Shown here in pieces: positions 1 to 9,685 of a stretch of DNA of 64,000 nt. The DNA is from Myxococcota bacterium. Its GTDB lineage: Bacteria; Myxococcota_A; UBA9160; JAFDDA01. Numbering within the stretch: position 1 is the first letter of the stretch; every line of letters begins with the position of its first letter. The DNA lies in the NCBI GenBank assembly GCA_965228475.1, contig OZ245817.1:608001-672000 (forward strand). Direction: 5' to 3'. The translations under genes were made by a program, and so were the position numbers. Under the pieces are notes generated by a model. The model had not been told where the DNA came from, ran no database searches, and saw only the letters and a list, made by a program, of their open reading frames with translations.

Positions 1-1
1 C

Positions 2-859
2 TCGGCCGAGCGGGCCCGCGAGGACGGCTTCGAGGTCTTCGAGATCTCCGAAGCCTGCCGCCGCGCCGACGTCGTGCTGCTCCTGATCCCCGACGAAGTC
101 ATGCCCGACGTCTACGGCAAGGAGATCGCCCAGAACCTCCGGCCCGGGGTGCTCGTGGACTTCGCGAGCGGCTACAACGTGGCATTCGGTCTGATCACTG
201 TGGCGGAAGGTCTCGACGTCGGCATGGTGGCGCCCCGCATGATCGGCCCCGGCGTGCGCGACACCTACGTCCGGGGCCAGGGTTTCCCGAGCTTCGTCGG
301 CGTACACCAGGATGCGACGGGCCGGGCCAAGCAGCGCATCCTCGCCCTCGCGAAGGGCCTCGGCTCGACCCGCGCCGGCTGCATCGAGCTGAGCCTGCAC
401 GACGAAGCGAGCCTCGACCTGTTCACGGAGCAGGGCTTCGGCCCGGCCTTCGGCCGGGTTCTCATGACGGCCGTCGACGTGCTCGTCGAGGCGGGCTACC
501 CGCCCGAGGCGGTCCTGCTCGAGCTCTACATGTCCGGGGAGCTCGCCTACACCTTCGAGAAGATTCGCGAAGTCGGGCTCACGCAGCAGATGGACTACCA
601 CTCCCGCACGAGCCAGTACGGCTCGATCACGCGCGGAATCCGCTATCTCGATCTCGGCGAACCCGTCGCCGAACGGATGCGGCAGGTGCTCGCCGAGATC
701 CAGGACGGCACCTTCGCGGAGGAGTGGTCGGGAGCCCAGGCGACGGCCGGAGAGACGCTCGAGAAGGTGAAGGCGGCTCGCGACGGCATGCCGATTGCAA
801 AGTGGGAACAGGCGGCGCGGCGCGCCTTCGGGATCGGCCCGGAGGAAGACGCGCGGTAG
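2..859 (+). CDS. ilvC: ketol-acid reductoisomerase (5'-truncated by window edge)
   Basis: Frame open from position 2 (SAERAREDGFEV...ADVVLLLIPDE); motifs MVAPRMIG, DLFTEQ, LVEAGYPPE, HSRTSQYG, IQDGTFAEEW typical of class I KARI. Confidence 0.9.
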   Translation, partial: SAERAREDGFEVFEISEACRRADVVLLLIPDEVMPDVYGKEIAQNLRPGVLVDFASGYNVAFGLITVAEGLDVGMVAPRMIGPGVRDTYVRGQGFPSFVGVHQDATGRAKQRILALAKGLGSTRAGCIELSLHDEASLDLFTEQGFGPAFGRVLMTAVDVLVEAGYPPEAVLLELYMSGELAYTFEKIREVGLTQQMDYHSRTSQYGSITRGIRYLDLGEPVAERMRQVLAEIQDGTFAEEWSGAQATAGETLEKVKAARDGMPIAKWEQAARRAFGIGPEEDAR

Positions 860-878
860 CCGGACCCGAGGAGGGACC

Positions 879-1229
879 ATGGCAGCGAAGAAGACCGCGA
901 AGAAGAAGACGGCCAAGAAGAAGGCCACGAAGCGCAAGAAGTCGGCGATCGCGAAGCTCGAGGCGGAGCTTCCGAAGTCGGTTCAGGGCTACACCAAGCA
1001 GGTTCGCAAGCAGCTCACCCAGCTCGAGAAGGACGTCGCGAAGGCCCGGAAGAACGCGAGCCGGCGGGGCACCAAGCTGCTTCGCGAGGCCAGCGAGTTC
1101 GTCGGCGCCCTCGAGGCACGCGGGGAGAAGGAACTCCGCAAGGGCCGCACCGAGGCCGCGAAGGTTCTCCACCGGCTCGAGCGGGCCGTGAAGCCGAAGG
1201 CCAAGAAGCGCAAGAAGAAGAAGAGCTAG
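879..1229 (+). CDS. small Lys-rich basic protein (histone H1-like tails around a helical, phasin-like core)
   Basis: GAGGAGG RBS before ATG 879; MAAKKTAKKKTAKKKATKRKKS...KPKAKKRKKKKS; GC3-rich codons. Confidence 0.75.
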   Translation: MAAKKTAKKKTAKKKATKRKKSAIAKLEAELPKSVQGYTKQVRKQLTQLEKDVAKARKNASRRGTKLLREASEFVGALEARGEKELRKGRTEAAKVLHRLERAVKPKAKKRKKKKS

Positions 1230-1249
1230 CCGGGCGTTCTCGCGGGAAC

Positions 1250-1882
1250 GTGCCTGCCTTGCATGCCAAGGACCCGGTCGCGATCGAGCGCCTCCTGCCC
1301 GAAGACCATCCGGCGGCGGTCGAGCTGCTGACCGAGGTCTTCTGGGACGGGCCCCTCGATCGGGCCGTGGTCGGAGGCCGGCCGTCGCGCCGGCGCCGGG
1401 CCAGCCGGGCGAGCATGGAGGCGAATCTCGTCGCCGCCGAAGGCCGCGCGGATCTGCGCGCGCTCCGGGAAGGTGGCCAGCTTCGCGGCGTCCTCATCGC
1501 CGTGCCCCCGGGCCTCGGCCCGCTGCCCCCGCCGCCGCTGCGCGTCCAGCTCCGGACCTGGCTGCTCCAGGGGCCACGCGCCGCGAGCCGCTGGCGCGAG
1601 GTCTACGAGGCCTTCCAGGCCGAGCGCCCGAAAGGGCTGCACTGGTACCTCTCGCTGCTGGCGGTGGCGCCCGGCTCCCAGGGCCGGGGCCTCGGCTCCG
1701 CCCTGCTCGCCGCCTGGCTCGCGGACGTGGACGCCCGGTGGGAGTCCGCCTGGCTCGAGACCGGCCGGGAGGAAAACGTGCGGTTCTACGAGCGCCAGGG
1801 CTTCGAGGTCGCCGGTGAGCTGCGGGTCTTCGACCAGCCCGTCTGGCTGATGGGGAGGCCTCCGAGGCCCGCTCCCGGGTAG
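1250..1882 (+). CDS. GNAT family N-acetyltransferase
   Basis: HWYLSLLAVAPGSQGRGLGSALL acetyl-CoA motif A; AWLET..ENVRFYERQGF. Confidence 0.85.
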   Translation: MPALHAKDPVAIERLLPEDHPAAVELLTEVFWDGPLDRAVVGGRPSRRRRASRASMEANLVAAEGRADLRALREGGQLRGVLIAVPPGLGPLPPPPLRVQLRTWLLQGPRAASRWREVYEAFQAERPKGLHWYLSLLAVAPGSQGRGLGSALLAAWLADVDARWESAWLETGREENVRFYERQGFEVAGELRVFDQPVWLMGRPPRPAPG

Positions 1883-2061
1883 CAGGGTGACAAACCCCAG
1901 GATCGGGCTATTTTCCCCGCGGTTTATCCCACCAGGGAAGGGGATGGCGGTGGTGGCAGCTTCGCGCTGCCCGCCGCCGAGCCTTCTCCCCCTCGTCCAT
2001 CGAATCCCGCCGCGTTTTGCCCCTGCCACCTCCGCCGGGCTTTGCGATCTTGTTCGCCTTG

Positions 2062-2724
2062 ATGGAACCCCAACCCGGTCCCCAGAGCGGCCCTCGGACG
2101 CCGGCGCGCGGCAAGCTCCGCAAGGACGATGGCCGTCTCGTCCGGGGGCGGCGGAGCCGCGCGCGGATCCGTGCCGCGGCCCGCGAGCTCTTCGCCGAGC
2201 GGGGCTTCGACGGGGCGACGCTTCGGGCCATCGCCGAGCGCGCCGGGATGGGCGCGAGCTCGATCTATCGCCACGTGCGCTCGAAGGAGGAGCTTCTGGT
2301 GGCGGAGCTCGCCGACCTCCAGGAGGAGGCCTGGCTGCGCTTCCGCCAGGAGGACGACCGCCAGGCGCCGACCCGCGGCCGGCTCGAGAAGTTCCTCGAC
2401 ATGGAGCACGCGCTCCTCGCCGCCACGCCGGACCTCACCCTGATCGCCCTGCGCGCGACCACCCAGAGCGAGGCCCGGGTCGCGCGCCGCGCCCTGGCGC
2501 TGCAGGACCGCACGATCGGCCTGCTGGCCGAAATCCTCCAGCGCGGCCGGATGTCCGGGGAACTCGCCCGCGACGTCGATCTGCTGGCCGCCGCCCGAAC
2601 GCTCCTGCACCTGACCCAGGGCTCCCGGATCGCCTGGGCGAACGGGCTCCAGAGCGCCGACGCCTGCCGGGATGCGATCCGCTCGGGCGTCGCCGTCCTC
2701 TACCAGGGTCTCTCGGCCCGCTAG
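2062..2724 (+). CDS. TetR/AcrR family transcriptional regulator
   Basis: AARELFAERGFDGATLRAIAERAGMGASSIYRHVRSKEELL HTH. Confidence 0.9.
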   Translation: MEPQPGPQSGPRTPARGKLRKDDGRLVRGRRSRARIRAAARELFAERGFDGATLRAIAERAGMGASSIYRHVRSKEELLVAELADLQEEAWLRFRQEDDRQAPTRGRLEKFLDMEHALLAATPDLTLIALRATTQSEARVARRALALQDRTIGLLAEILQRGRMSGELARDVDLLAAARTLLHLTQGSRIAWANGLQSADACRDAIRSGVAVLYQGLSAR

Positions 2725-2781
2725 GCCGGCGTCCCTCGCCGTCCGGCACGGTAGACTCCTCCGCTCACCGTCGGAGGAAGC

Positions 2782-3756
2782 ATGCGAGCCATTGTCGTCG
2801 ACCGTTGGATGGAGCCGAGCGAGATGTCGGTCTCGGAGGTGCCCGAGCCCGAGGTCGGGCCCGGCACCCTCAAGCTCGAGGTGAAGGCCGCCGGCTGCAA
2901 CTTCTTCGACATCCTCATGGCCCAGGGCCAGTACCAGGTGAAGCCGCCGTTCCCCTTCATCCCGGGGGCGGAGGTCGGCGGGATCGTCGCCGAGGTCGGC
3001 GAGGGCGTGACGGGCTTCGAGCCCGGGGACCGCGTGCTGTCGTCCTGCGGCCTCGGCGCCTTCGCCGAGAAGGTCGTCGCGCCCGCGAAGGGGACGTACA
3101 AGCTTCCGGCCGGGATGAGCTTCGAGGAGGGCGCGGCGCTTCCGATCGTCTACCCGACCTCCTACGCCGGCCTCGTCTTCCGCGCGAACCTGCAGGCCGG
3201 CGAGAATCTGCTCGTGCACGCCGCGGCCGGCGGCGTCGGCGTGGCGGCGGTGCAGATCGGCAAGGCCCTCGGCGCGCGCGTCCTCGCGACGGCCGGCGGC
3301 GCGGACAAGCTCGAGATCGCGCGCGAGGCCGGGGCCGACGTGCTGATCGACTACCGCAAGGAAGACTTCGTCGCGCGCGTGAAGGAAGAGACCGGCGGCG
3401 CGGGCGCCGACGTGATCTACGACTCCGTCGGCGGCGACATCTTCGACCAATCGCTGAAGTGCATCGCCTGGAACGGACGCCTGCTCGTGATCGGTTTCGC
3501 CAGCGGACGGATTCCCGAGGTGAAGGCGAACCGGATCCTCTTGAAGAACATCGCGATCACGGGCCTGCACTGGGGCGCCCACGTGACGAGCGACCCGGAG
3601 AAGATCCCGCAGACCTTCGATGCGCTCTTCGATCTCTACGAGAAGGGGAAGATCAAGCCGGTGATCTACGGGAGCTACCCGCTCGACGAGGTGCCGGCGG
3701 CGCTCGGGGCGCTCGGCTCGCGCAAGACCCACGGCAAGGTCATCGTCGCGCCCTAG
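2782..3756 (+). CDS. NADPH:quinone oxidoreductase (zeta-crystallin/MDR family)
   Basis: PFIPGAEVGG, LVHAAAGGVG, DVIYDSVGG, GRLLVIGFASG; GGAGG RBS. Confidence 0.9.
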   Translation: MRAIVVDRWMEPSEMSVSEVPEPEVGPGTLKLEVKAAGCNFFDILMAQGQYQVKPPFPFIPGAEVGGIVAEVGEGVTGFEPGDRVLSSCGLGAFAEKVVAPAKGTYKLPAGMSFEEGAALPIVYPTSYAGLVFRANLQAGENLLVHAAAGGVGVAAVQIGKALGARVLATAGGADKLEIAREAGADVLIDYRKEDFVARVKEETGGAGADVIYDSVGGDIFDQSLKCIAWNGRLLVIGFASGRIPEVKANRILLKNIAITGLHWGAHVTSDPEKIPQTFDALFDLYEKGKIKPVIYGSYPLDEVPAALGALGSRKTHGKVIVAP

Positions 3757-3781
3757 GCGCTCCCGGCGCTCGGGTTCGCGC

Positions 3782-4327
3782 TCAGGGCTTCCACTTGATG
3801 TTGCAGCCGATGCTCGGCGTCTGCTCGGGGGCCGGCTTCGCGCCCGCGAGCACCGCATCCGCCGCGGCGCGCAGGTCCGCGCCGTCCACCGGTGCGCCGT
3901 TGCCCGGGCGGGCGGCGTCGAGCTGGCCGCGGTAGGCGAGGGCGCCTTCGCCGTCGAACAGGAAGAAGTCCGGCGTGCAGGCGGCCTGGTAGGCCCGGGC
4001 GACGTCCTGGCTCTCGTCGAACAGGTAGGGGAAGGGGTAGCCCTCCTTTGCCATGAGCTCGGGGGCATCGTCCGGGTAGTTCTCGACGTCGTTCGACATG
4101 ATCGCGACGACGCCGAGCCCGCGCTTTTCGTAGTCGTGACCGAAGCGGACGAGTTCGGCCTTCACGTGCTTCACGTAGGGGCAGTGGTTCGAGAGGAACG
4201 CCACGAGCAGTCCGCCCGGGGTCTGTACGTCGGCGAGGCGGACGGTGTTGCCGGTCGCCGGGTCGGGCAGGGCGAAGTCCGGCGCCTGCGTACCGAGCGG
4301 GAGCATCACGGAGGGGGTCGCGGCCAT
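3782..4327 (-). CDS. thioredoxin-like AhpC/TSA (redoxin) family protein
   Basis: APDFALPD, SNHCPYV, AACTPDFFLFD, YRGQLD, PSIGCNIKWK. Confidence 0.9.
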   Translation of the reverse strand: MAATPSVMLPLGTQAPDFALPDPATGNTVRLADVQTPGGLLVAFLSNHCPYVKHVKAELVRFGHDYEKRGLGVVAIMSNDVENYPDDAPELMAKEGYPFPYLFDESQDVARAYQAACTPDFFLFDGEGALAYRGQLDAARPGNGAPVDGADLRAAADAVLAGAKPAPEQTPSIGCNIKWKP

Positions 4328-4339
4328 GGTCGTTCTCCT

Positions 4340-5005
4340 TCAAGGCCCTGGATCGTAGCGTTCCCAGTGCAGGCACTCGTCGACGGGGCGCCGGGGCGGC
4401 TGGCCGAAGCGTCCCGCTGGCCACCCGATCGGGAGCAGCGCGCTGCTCATGCAGCCCTCGGGCAGGCCGAGCCAGCCGTCGATCTCGTCGCCGTAGGCCC
4501 GGTGGACGGTCGTCAGGGAAGCGCCGAGCCCGACCGCACGGCAGGCGAGCAGGATGTTCTGGACGCACGGGAAGATCGCCTGGGCCTGCTCGGCTCCGCG
4601 CCGCTTCCAGCCCGCCACGAAGAGCAGCACGGGCGCCTCGTGCAGGTGGTCCGCGAGGTGGAGCGCGGCTTTCACGTTCCGGCGCTTGGCCTCCGGGAAG
4701 TCCGGCGCCTTCGCGGCTTCGAGCGCCGGGGCGATGTAGGCGTGGAAGGCCTCGCGGTAGCGCTCGGCCACGAACGCGCGCCGCTCCGGCTCCGTCACGG
4801 CGACGAAGATCCAGGGCTGCCGGTTCCCGCCGCTCGGGGCGAAAGTCCCGGCCTCGCAGACCTGGCGGATCAGCGCCGCGGGGACCGGGTCTGCGCGCAG
4901 CCTGCGCATGGCGCGCGTCGTGCGGATCCCTTCCAGGAGCGGGAGCGTTTCGCCGATGGCCTCGCTTTCGGGCGGAGCGCCTCTTCGGGTCGGAGCGTCG
5001 GGCAT
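4340..5005 (-). CDS. nitroreductase family protein
   Basis: TTRAMRRL, APSGGNRQPWIFV, QNILLACRAVGLGASLT, PIGWP; GAGGAGG RBS before ATG 5005. Confidence 0.85.
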   Translation of the reverse strand: MPDAPTRRGAPPESEAIGETLPLLEGIRTTRAMRRLRADPVPAALIRQVCEAGTFAPSGGNRQPWIFVAVTEPERRAFVAERYREAFHAYIAPALEAAKAPDFPEAKRRNVKAALHLADHLHEAPVLLFVAGWKRRGAEQAQAIFPCVQNILLACRAVGLGASLTTVHRAYGDEIDGWLGLPEGCMSSALLPIGWPAGRFGQPPRRPVDECLHWERYDPGP

Positions 5006-5109
5006 GGTCCTCCTCGTCGGAGGCGAGCCTAACCCGATCCGGGCGCCACGCCCGCTTGCACGGGCCTCCGCCGCAGGGAACACTCCCCCGCTCATCCAGA
5101 GGAGGCACC

Positions 5110-5838
5110 ATGAAATCCGGACTCGCCATCGTCGCTGCGGCCCTCGCGAGCCTGCTCGTCGGCTACTACCTCGGCCAGAACAGCGCCGGCAGCGCTCCCT
5201 CCGGCGACGTCACCGCCCAGCTCGAGGCGATCCAGGCGGATCTGGCCGAGCTGAAGAAGGCGCGCCCCGCGGCCGCGCCCGAGCCGCGCCGCCGCGCCGG
5301 CCCGGACCCGAACAAGGTCCACCAGGTGAAGGTGGACGGCTCGCCGAGCAAGGGCGCCGCCGATGCGAAGGTCACGATCGTCGAGTTCTCGGACTTCCAG
5401 TGCCCCTACTGCAGCCGCGTCGGCCCGACGCTCGCCCGCCTGCTCGACGAGTACCCGGAAGACGTGCGCATCGTCTACAAGCACCTGCCGCTCTCGTTCC
5501 ACAAACAGGCGCTGCCGGCGGCCAAGGCCAGCATGGCGGCGGACCGCCAGGGGAAGTTCTGGGAGTTCCACGACGAGCTCTTCAAGGTCCAGCGCCAGCT
5601 GACGGACGAGAAGTTCATGGAGATCGCCGGGCAGCTCGGTCTCGACATGAAGAAGTTCGAGCAGGACTACAAGTCTGCCGAGGTCGCGACCCAGGTCGCC
5701 CAGGACATGAGCGAAGCGCGCCGCCTCGGCGTGACCGGCACCCCCGGCTTCTTCGTGAACGGGCGCTTCCTGTCCGGCGCGCGGCCCTACGAGTCGTTCA
5801 AGGAGATGGTCGACGCGGCGCTCGCGGCCGACGCCTGA
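5110..5838 (+). CDS. DsbA/thioredoxin-domain membrane-anchored oxidoreductase
   Basis: N-terminal TM segment; IVEFSDFQCPYC; GVTGTPGFFVNG; GAGGAGG RBS. Confidence 0.9.
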   Translation: MKSGLAIVAAALASLLVGYYLGQNSAGSAPSGDVTAQLEAIQADLAELKKARPAAAPEPRRRAGPDPNKVHQVKVDGSPSKGAADAKVTIVEFSDFQCPYCSRVGPTLARLLDEYPEDVRIVYKHLPLSFHKQALPAAKASMAADRQGKFWEFHDELFKVQRQLTDEKFMEIAGQLGLDMKKFEQDYKSAEVATQVAQDMSEARRLGVTGTPGFFVNGRFLSGARPYESFKEMVDAALAADA

Positions 5839-8306
5839 TCCGAGCGCGCTTCGGCGCCCTTCGCGGGTGCCAGGCAGAACTCCGGGGTCCAGCCGTTGGG
5901 GATGGTCGGGCTCTCGACCGGTTCGTTGCGGAGCGCCGCCAGCATGCGAACGGGCTTGAGCACGCCCGCCTCGATCTTGTCGTCGTCGAGCCGCACCAGC
6001 CGGTCGACGAAGCGCCGGTCGCTGGCCTGGGTCGGGTCGAAGTTCGGGCCGAAGCTCGGACCGAAGAAGAGATCCCCGACGCCGCCGAAGGCCACGAACG
6101 TCTCGAACTCGAAGCCCGAGTCCAGCAGGGCCGGCAGCACGGCGGACGCGCGGGTCGGGCCGTCCGAGGAGCCGGCGTCGAGGGCGGTGTCGAGCTGACT
6201 CTTCGGCGCGCCGCTCACGTGGTCGTGCTTGTAGCGGCCGGGCATGACCTCGAAGATGCGCTGGGCCACGGTCGTCGCGGCCTCGCCGCGCCGCGCGCCG
6301 GCTTCGCCGATCGAGCTCGCCACCACGCAGACGCCGCCGGGTGAGAGCCAGCGCTTCCACGCTTCGATCCGTTCTTCGATGCGCGAGAGCCGGGCGATGT
6401 CGCCCGGGACGAAGACGACGTCGAACTGGGGCTCCGGCTGGGCTTCGCCCTGCGGGCTCGTTCCGACCCGAAGCTCGAGGTTGCCGGCGACGCCCTCCGC
6501 TTCGGCCGCCGTGCGCTCGCGCGCCGCGGCGGCTTCGCTGCCGACGAGGAGCCGGATCTTGAACTGCTTGCATCCACCGTCGACGAGGCGCCGCGCGAGC
6601 CGGACCTCGAAGTGCGGGACGCCGCCGATCGACAGGACGCGCACGGTGCGGTCGCCCTCCTGGCAGACGCGTTCGATGTGCCGCGCGAAGAACGAGATGC
6701 GGTCGCTGGCGCCGAGCGGGGCGAGCTTGTCGGAGAGGTGGCGCCCCTCCCAGTAGGTGTCGGCGGTGCTCGGCGGAAGCAGTTCGGCGACGAACGCTTC
6801 TTCGGCCGGGGGCTCCGGTTCCGTCGAGACCGGGGCCTCGGAAGCGGCGCTGCCGGCTTCACCCCACGCCGTCGACACTGCTTCGTCGGCGGAGACGACG
6901 GGCTGCGACCACCCTTCGGCGGCTTCGGAGGGTTCGCGGGTTTCCCCGGTTTCGGTGCGCACGGAGGTCCAGCCCTCGGCGGCCTCGCTCGGGCCTGCAT
7001 TCGGCGCGGCCTCGGCCCGGCTCGCGGGATCCTCGATGGCCGTCTCCAGGGGCTCGGTCGCGGTGTCCACGGCGGCGGTGGCGTCCACTGCGGCCTCCGC
7101 CCCGACGTTCGCGATGATCCGCTGGACGGAAGCCAGGGAGGTCGCGAGCCGCTGCCGCTCGCGCTCGGATTCCGCGAGCTCCCGGGCGAGCGCCTCCTGC
7201 TCCTCGATGGCGATCGTCGCGGTGCGCCTGGCGTCGGTGGCGGTCTGCGTCTCGGCCTCGAGCCGCGCTTCGAGCTCCTGGGCCTCGAGCTCCTGGTCCG
7301 CGAGCCGCCCCTCGGCGACGCTCTGGATCCGCTGCAGCGCGGCGATCTCCTGGTCCCGGGCGTCGAGGGTTTCCTTCACCGCGGCCAGGGCATCCTGGCT
7401 GCGCCGCTGCTCCTCGGCGTGACGTTCCGCATCGGCGGCATGGGCATCGACGCGCTTGCGCAAAGCGTCCGCCTCGCTCTCCGCGACCTTGGCCGCGCGT
7501 TCGGCGGCGGCCAGGCCGTCGCGAAGGCGCGAGATCTGATCGTCGCGCGCGCCGAGGTCCTGGCGGAGCTCGTCGATCCGTCCGTTCGCCGTCGCGAGCT
7601 CGGCATCGCGGGCGGCCACGCTCTTCTGGGCGCGCGAAGCCGAGCCGCGCAGGATGACGATCTCCTCCTCGCGCATCCCGACGGTTTCCCGAGCGTTGGC
7701 GAGCTGCGCGCGCGTGGCGTCGAGCTCCCGCACGCGTTCCTCGAGCATGCGCTCGGTGGTCGCGAGACGGGCTTCGAGCCCGCTCGCCTGATCCTCCCGT
7801 TCGCGCAGGCTCTGGAGCGACTCCTTCAGCGTCTGGCGGACGAGATCGACGGAGCGTTCGAGGGCCTCGGCCGAGGGGCCGTCGTCCGCCTTCGGGCGTT
7901 CTTCGAGGGCGGCGATCCGCTGGCGGCTCTCGAGGAGCTGGTCTTCGAGGTCCGCGACGCGGCGGTCGCGCGAGGCGAGGTCGACCTGGAGGGTCTGAAG
8001 GGAGAGTCGGCCTTCGGAGGCGAGGGCCGAGTCGGCGCGGAGCCCCGCGAACTCGGTGCGCAGGGCGCCGAGCTCCGCCCGAAGCGCAGCGAGCTCCCGT
8101 TCCCGTTCCGCCAGCTCCCGCTCCCGCTCCGCGAGGGCCGTCCGGGCCCCTTCGAGATCGTGGTGCGCGGATTCGAGGGCGGTCTTCGAGGCGGCGATCT
8201 CGTTCGCGACGCTCTGCTTGAGGAAGCGGCCGCGCGCGTCTCGCTGGGGTGCGCCGGGCTTCGCGCTGGGCGTCGCAGGTTCGGTGCCGTCGGGCGTTCG
8301 GGGCAT
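5787..8306 (-). CDS. long coiled-coil protein with C-terminal SAM-methyltransferase-like domain
   Basis: 839 aa; ~370 aa of heptad-rich E/R/L/A sequence, acidic Ala/Pro/Glu linker, then Rossmann-like elements (RVLSIGG, FDVVFV, WLSPGGVCVV); overlaps the dsbA 3' end by 52 bp. Confidence 0.7.
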   Translation of the reverse strand: MPRTPDGTEPATPSAKPGAPQRDARGRFLKQSVANEIAASKTALESAHHDLEGARTALAERERELAERERELAALRAELGALRTEFAGLRADSALASEGRLSLQTLQVDLASRDRRVADLEDQLLESRQRIAALEERPKADDGPSAEALERSVDLVRQTLKESLQSLREREDQASGLEARLATTERMLEERVRELDATRAQLANARETVGMREEEIVILRGSASRAQKSVAARDAELATANGRIDELRQDLGARDDQISRLRDGLAAAERAAKVAESEADALRKRVDAHAADAERHAEEQRRSQDALAAVKETLDARDQEIAALQRIQSVAEGRLADQELEAQELEARLEAETQTATDARRTATIAIEEQEALARELAESERERQRLATSLASVQRIIANVGAEAAVDATAAVDTATEPLETAIEDPASRAEAAPNAGPSEAAEGWTSVRTETGETREPSEAAEGWSQPVVSADEAVSTAWGEAGSAASEAPVSTEPEPPAEEAFVAELLPPSTADTYWEGRHLSDKLAPLGASDRISFFARHIERVCQEGDRTVRVLSIGGVPHFEVRLARRLVDGGCKQFKIRLLVGSEAAAARERTAAEAEGVAGNLELRVGTSPQGEAQPEPQFDVVFVPGDIARLSRIEERIEAWKRWLSPGGVCVVASSIGEAGARRGEAATTVAQRIFEVMPGRYKHDHVSGAPKSQLDTALDAGSSDGPTRASAVLPALLDSGFEFETFVAFGGVGDLFFGPSFGPNFDPTQASDRRFVDRLVRLDDDKIEAGVLKPVRMLAALRNEPVESPTIPNGWTPEFCLAPAKGAEARSDQASAASAASTISLNDS

Positions 8307-8504
8307 GGCTGGCCTCGTGGTGAAAGGGCTTCACGCGTTTCAGGTCATCCCTTCATTCGGCCAGTCCGGATTTTTCCTTGAGAGTCCGCTTGCTCCGGCG
8401 GTTCCTGCGCCGGAACGGGGGGAAGCTGCGCCTGGCGGGGCCCCGAAGCGCGATTCCCGCGCGTTTTCGTCAAGTCACGGGGATCCGTTGCCGCAGAAGG
8501 AGGG

Positions 8505-9650
8505 GTGAGGGCCCTCTACCGGCAGGTGATCGACGACCCCGCGGACGCCGCGGCCTGGCGAGACCTCGCCCGGGACTTCGCCCGCCGCGGGCGGGTCGCC
8601 CGCGCCGTGGCCTGCCTCGATGCCCTCGAGGCGGCGTCCCCGGCCGCGCTGCCTGGCGACGCCCTCGAGCTCCGCCGCAGGGCGGGCCGCGCGGCCATCG
8701 AGCGCCGCCGAACTCTTCGCGCCGCGCTGCCCGAAGGCGATGCGGCGCGCGTGAGCGTGTTGCTGCGGGGTCGAGCGGGCGACGCGCAGACCGAGAAGAC
8801 GCGCGAGAGCATCGCCGCCCAGAGCCTCGGCGCCTCCGCCTGCGAGGTCTTCGTCGAGGACGACCCGTGCGCCGCGCTCGCCCACGCGCGCGGCCGCTAC
8901 GTCGCCTGCGTCGACGCCGGGGACGAACTCTGGCCCGACCACCTCGAGATGCTCGCCGACCACCTCGACCGCACCGGCCGGGCCATGACCTACTCCCAGG
9001 CCCTTCGCCCCGGGCCCCGCGTGACCGAGGCGCAGCCCGTCCTACCCCGCGCGGCGGTGCGGGCGGAGTTCGCGCCCAATTCCTGCGTGTTGGTCCGCCG
9101 CAGCGCCCTGTTCGGACTCGGCGGGTTCGAGCCCGGGCTCGGCCGAGGCCAGGCCTGGCACCTGCAACGACGGCTCGTCGACCGCCTGACGGCCGACTCG
9201 GTGCCGGTGCTCTCGGCAAGGCTCGGGGACGAGGACGTCTCCACGGAGCGGCGCTTCGACCTCCTGCTCGTGCAGCGCGGAGCGTTGGCCCGGGCACGCC
9301 GTCTCCACCGCAAGGGTCTCCGGCATCTCACGCGCGGGGATCTGCGGCTCGCGGCACAGGATCTCGCGCGCGCCTGGAACCACGGGATCGAGGTGGCGCC
9401 CTACGTCGCCGCGATGGCCCGGGTGGCCGAGCATGCGCCTTCGTTGGCGGGAGACCTCGCGGCTCTGGCCGGCCGAGAGATCGAGGCGCACGTCCGCGGG
9501 GCGTTCCGCAAGATCGCCCGAGGGGCCGAGGCGCGGCGCGAGCTCGCCGTGCGCATCCACCGCAACGCCCTGCGCAAGCGCTACGGCGCGGCGGAACGCC
9601 GAGGCCGCGAACGCGCGCGCGCGCTCGGCTGGGTGGAAGCCGGGTTCTGA
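8505..9650 (+). CDS. divergent GT2-like glycosyltransferase with TPR-like helical flanks
   Basis: AGGAGG RBS before GTG; ARGRYVACVDAGDELWPDHLE; LVRRSALFGLGGFE. Confidence 0.65.
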   Translation: MRALYRQVIDDPADAAAWRDLARDFARRGRVARAVACLDALEAASPAALPGDALELRRRAGRAAIERRRTLRAALPEGDAARVSVLLRGRAGDAQTEKTRESIAAQSLGASACEVFVEDDPCAALAHARGRYVACVDAGDELWPDHLEMLADHLDRTGRAMTYSQALRPGPRVTEAQPVLPRAAVRAEFAPNSCVLVRRSALFGLGGFEPGLGRGQAWHLQRRLVDRLTADSVPVLSARLGDEDVSTERRFDLLLVQRGALARARRLHRKGLRHLTRGDLRLAAQDLARAWNHGIEVAPYVAAMARVAEHAPSLAGDLAALAGREIEAHVRGAFRKIARGAEARRELAVRIHRNALRKRYGAAERRGRERARALGWVEAGF

Positions 9651-9685
9651 GCCCGAGCGGGTAGAACGGGCAGTTCGCGGCGCTC

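Noticed and set aside
8220..8245. RDARGRF motif in the coiled-coil protein resembling the Dop RDARGF segment
   Set aside because: Short low-complexity match in an unrelated context; likely coincidence
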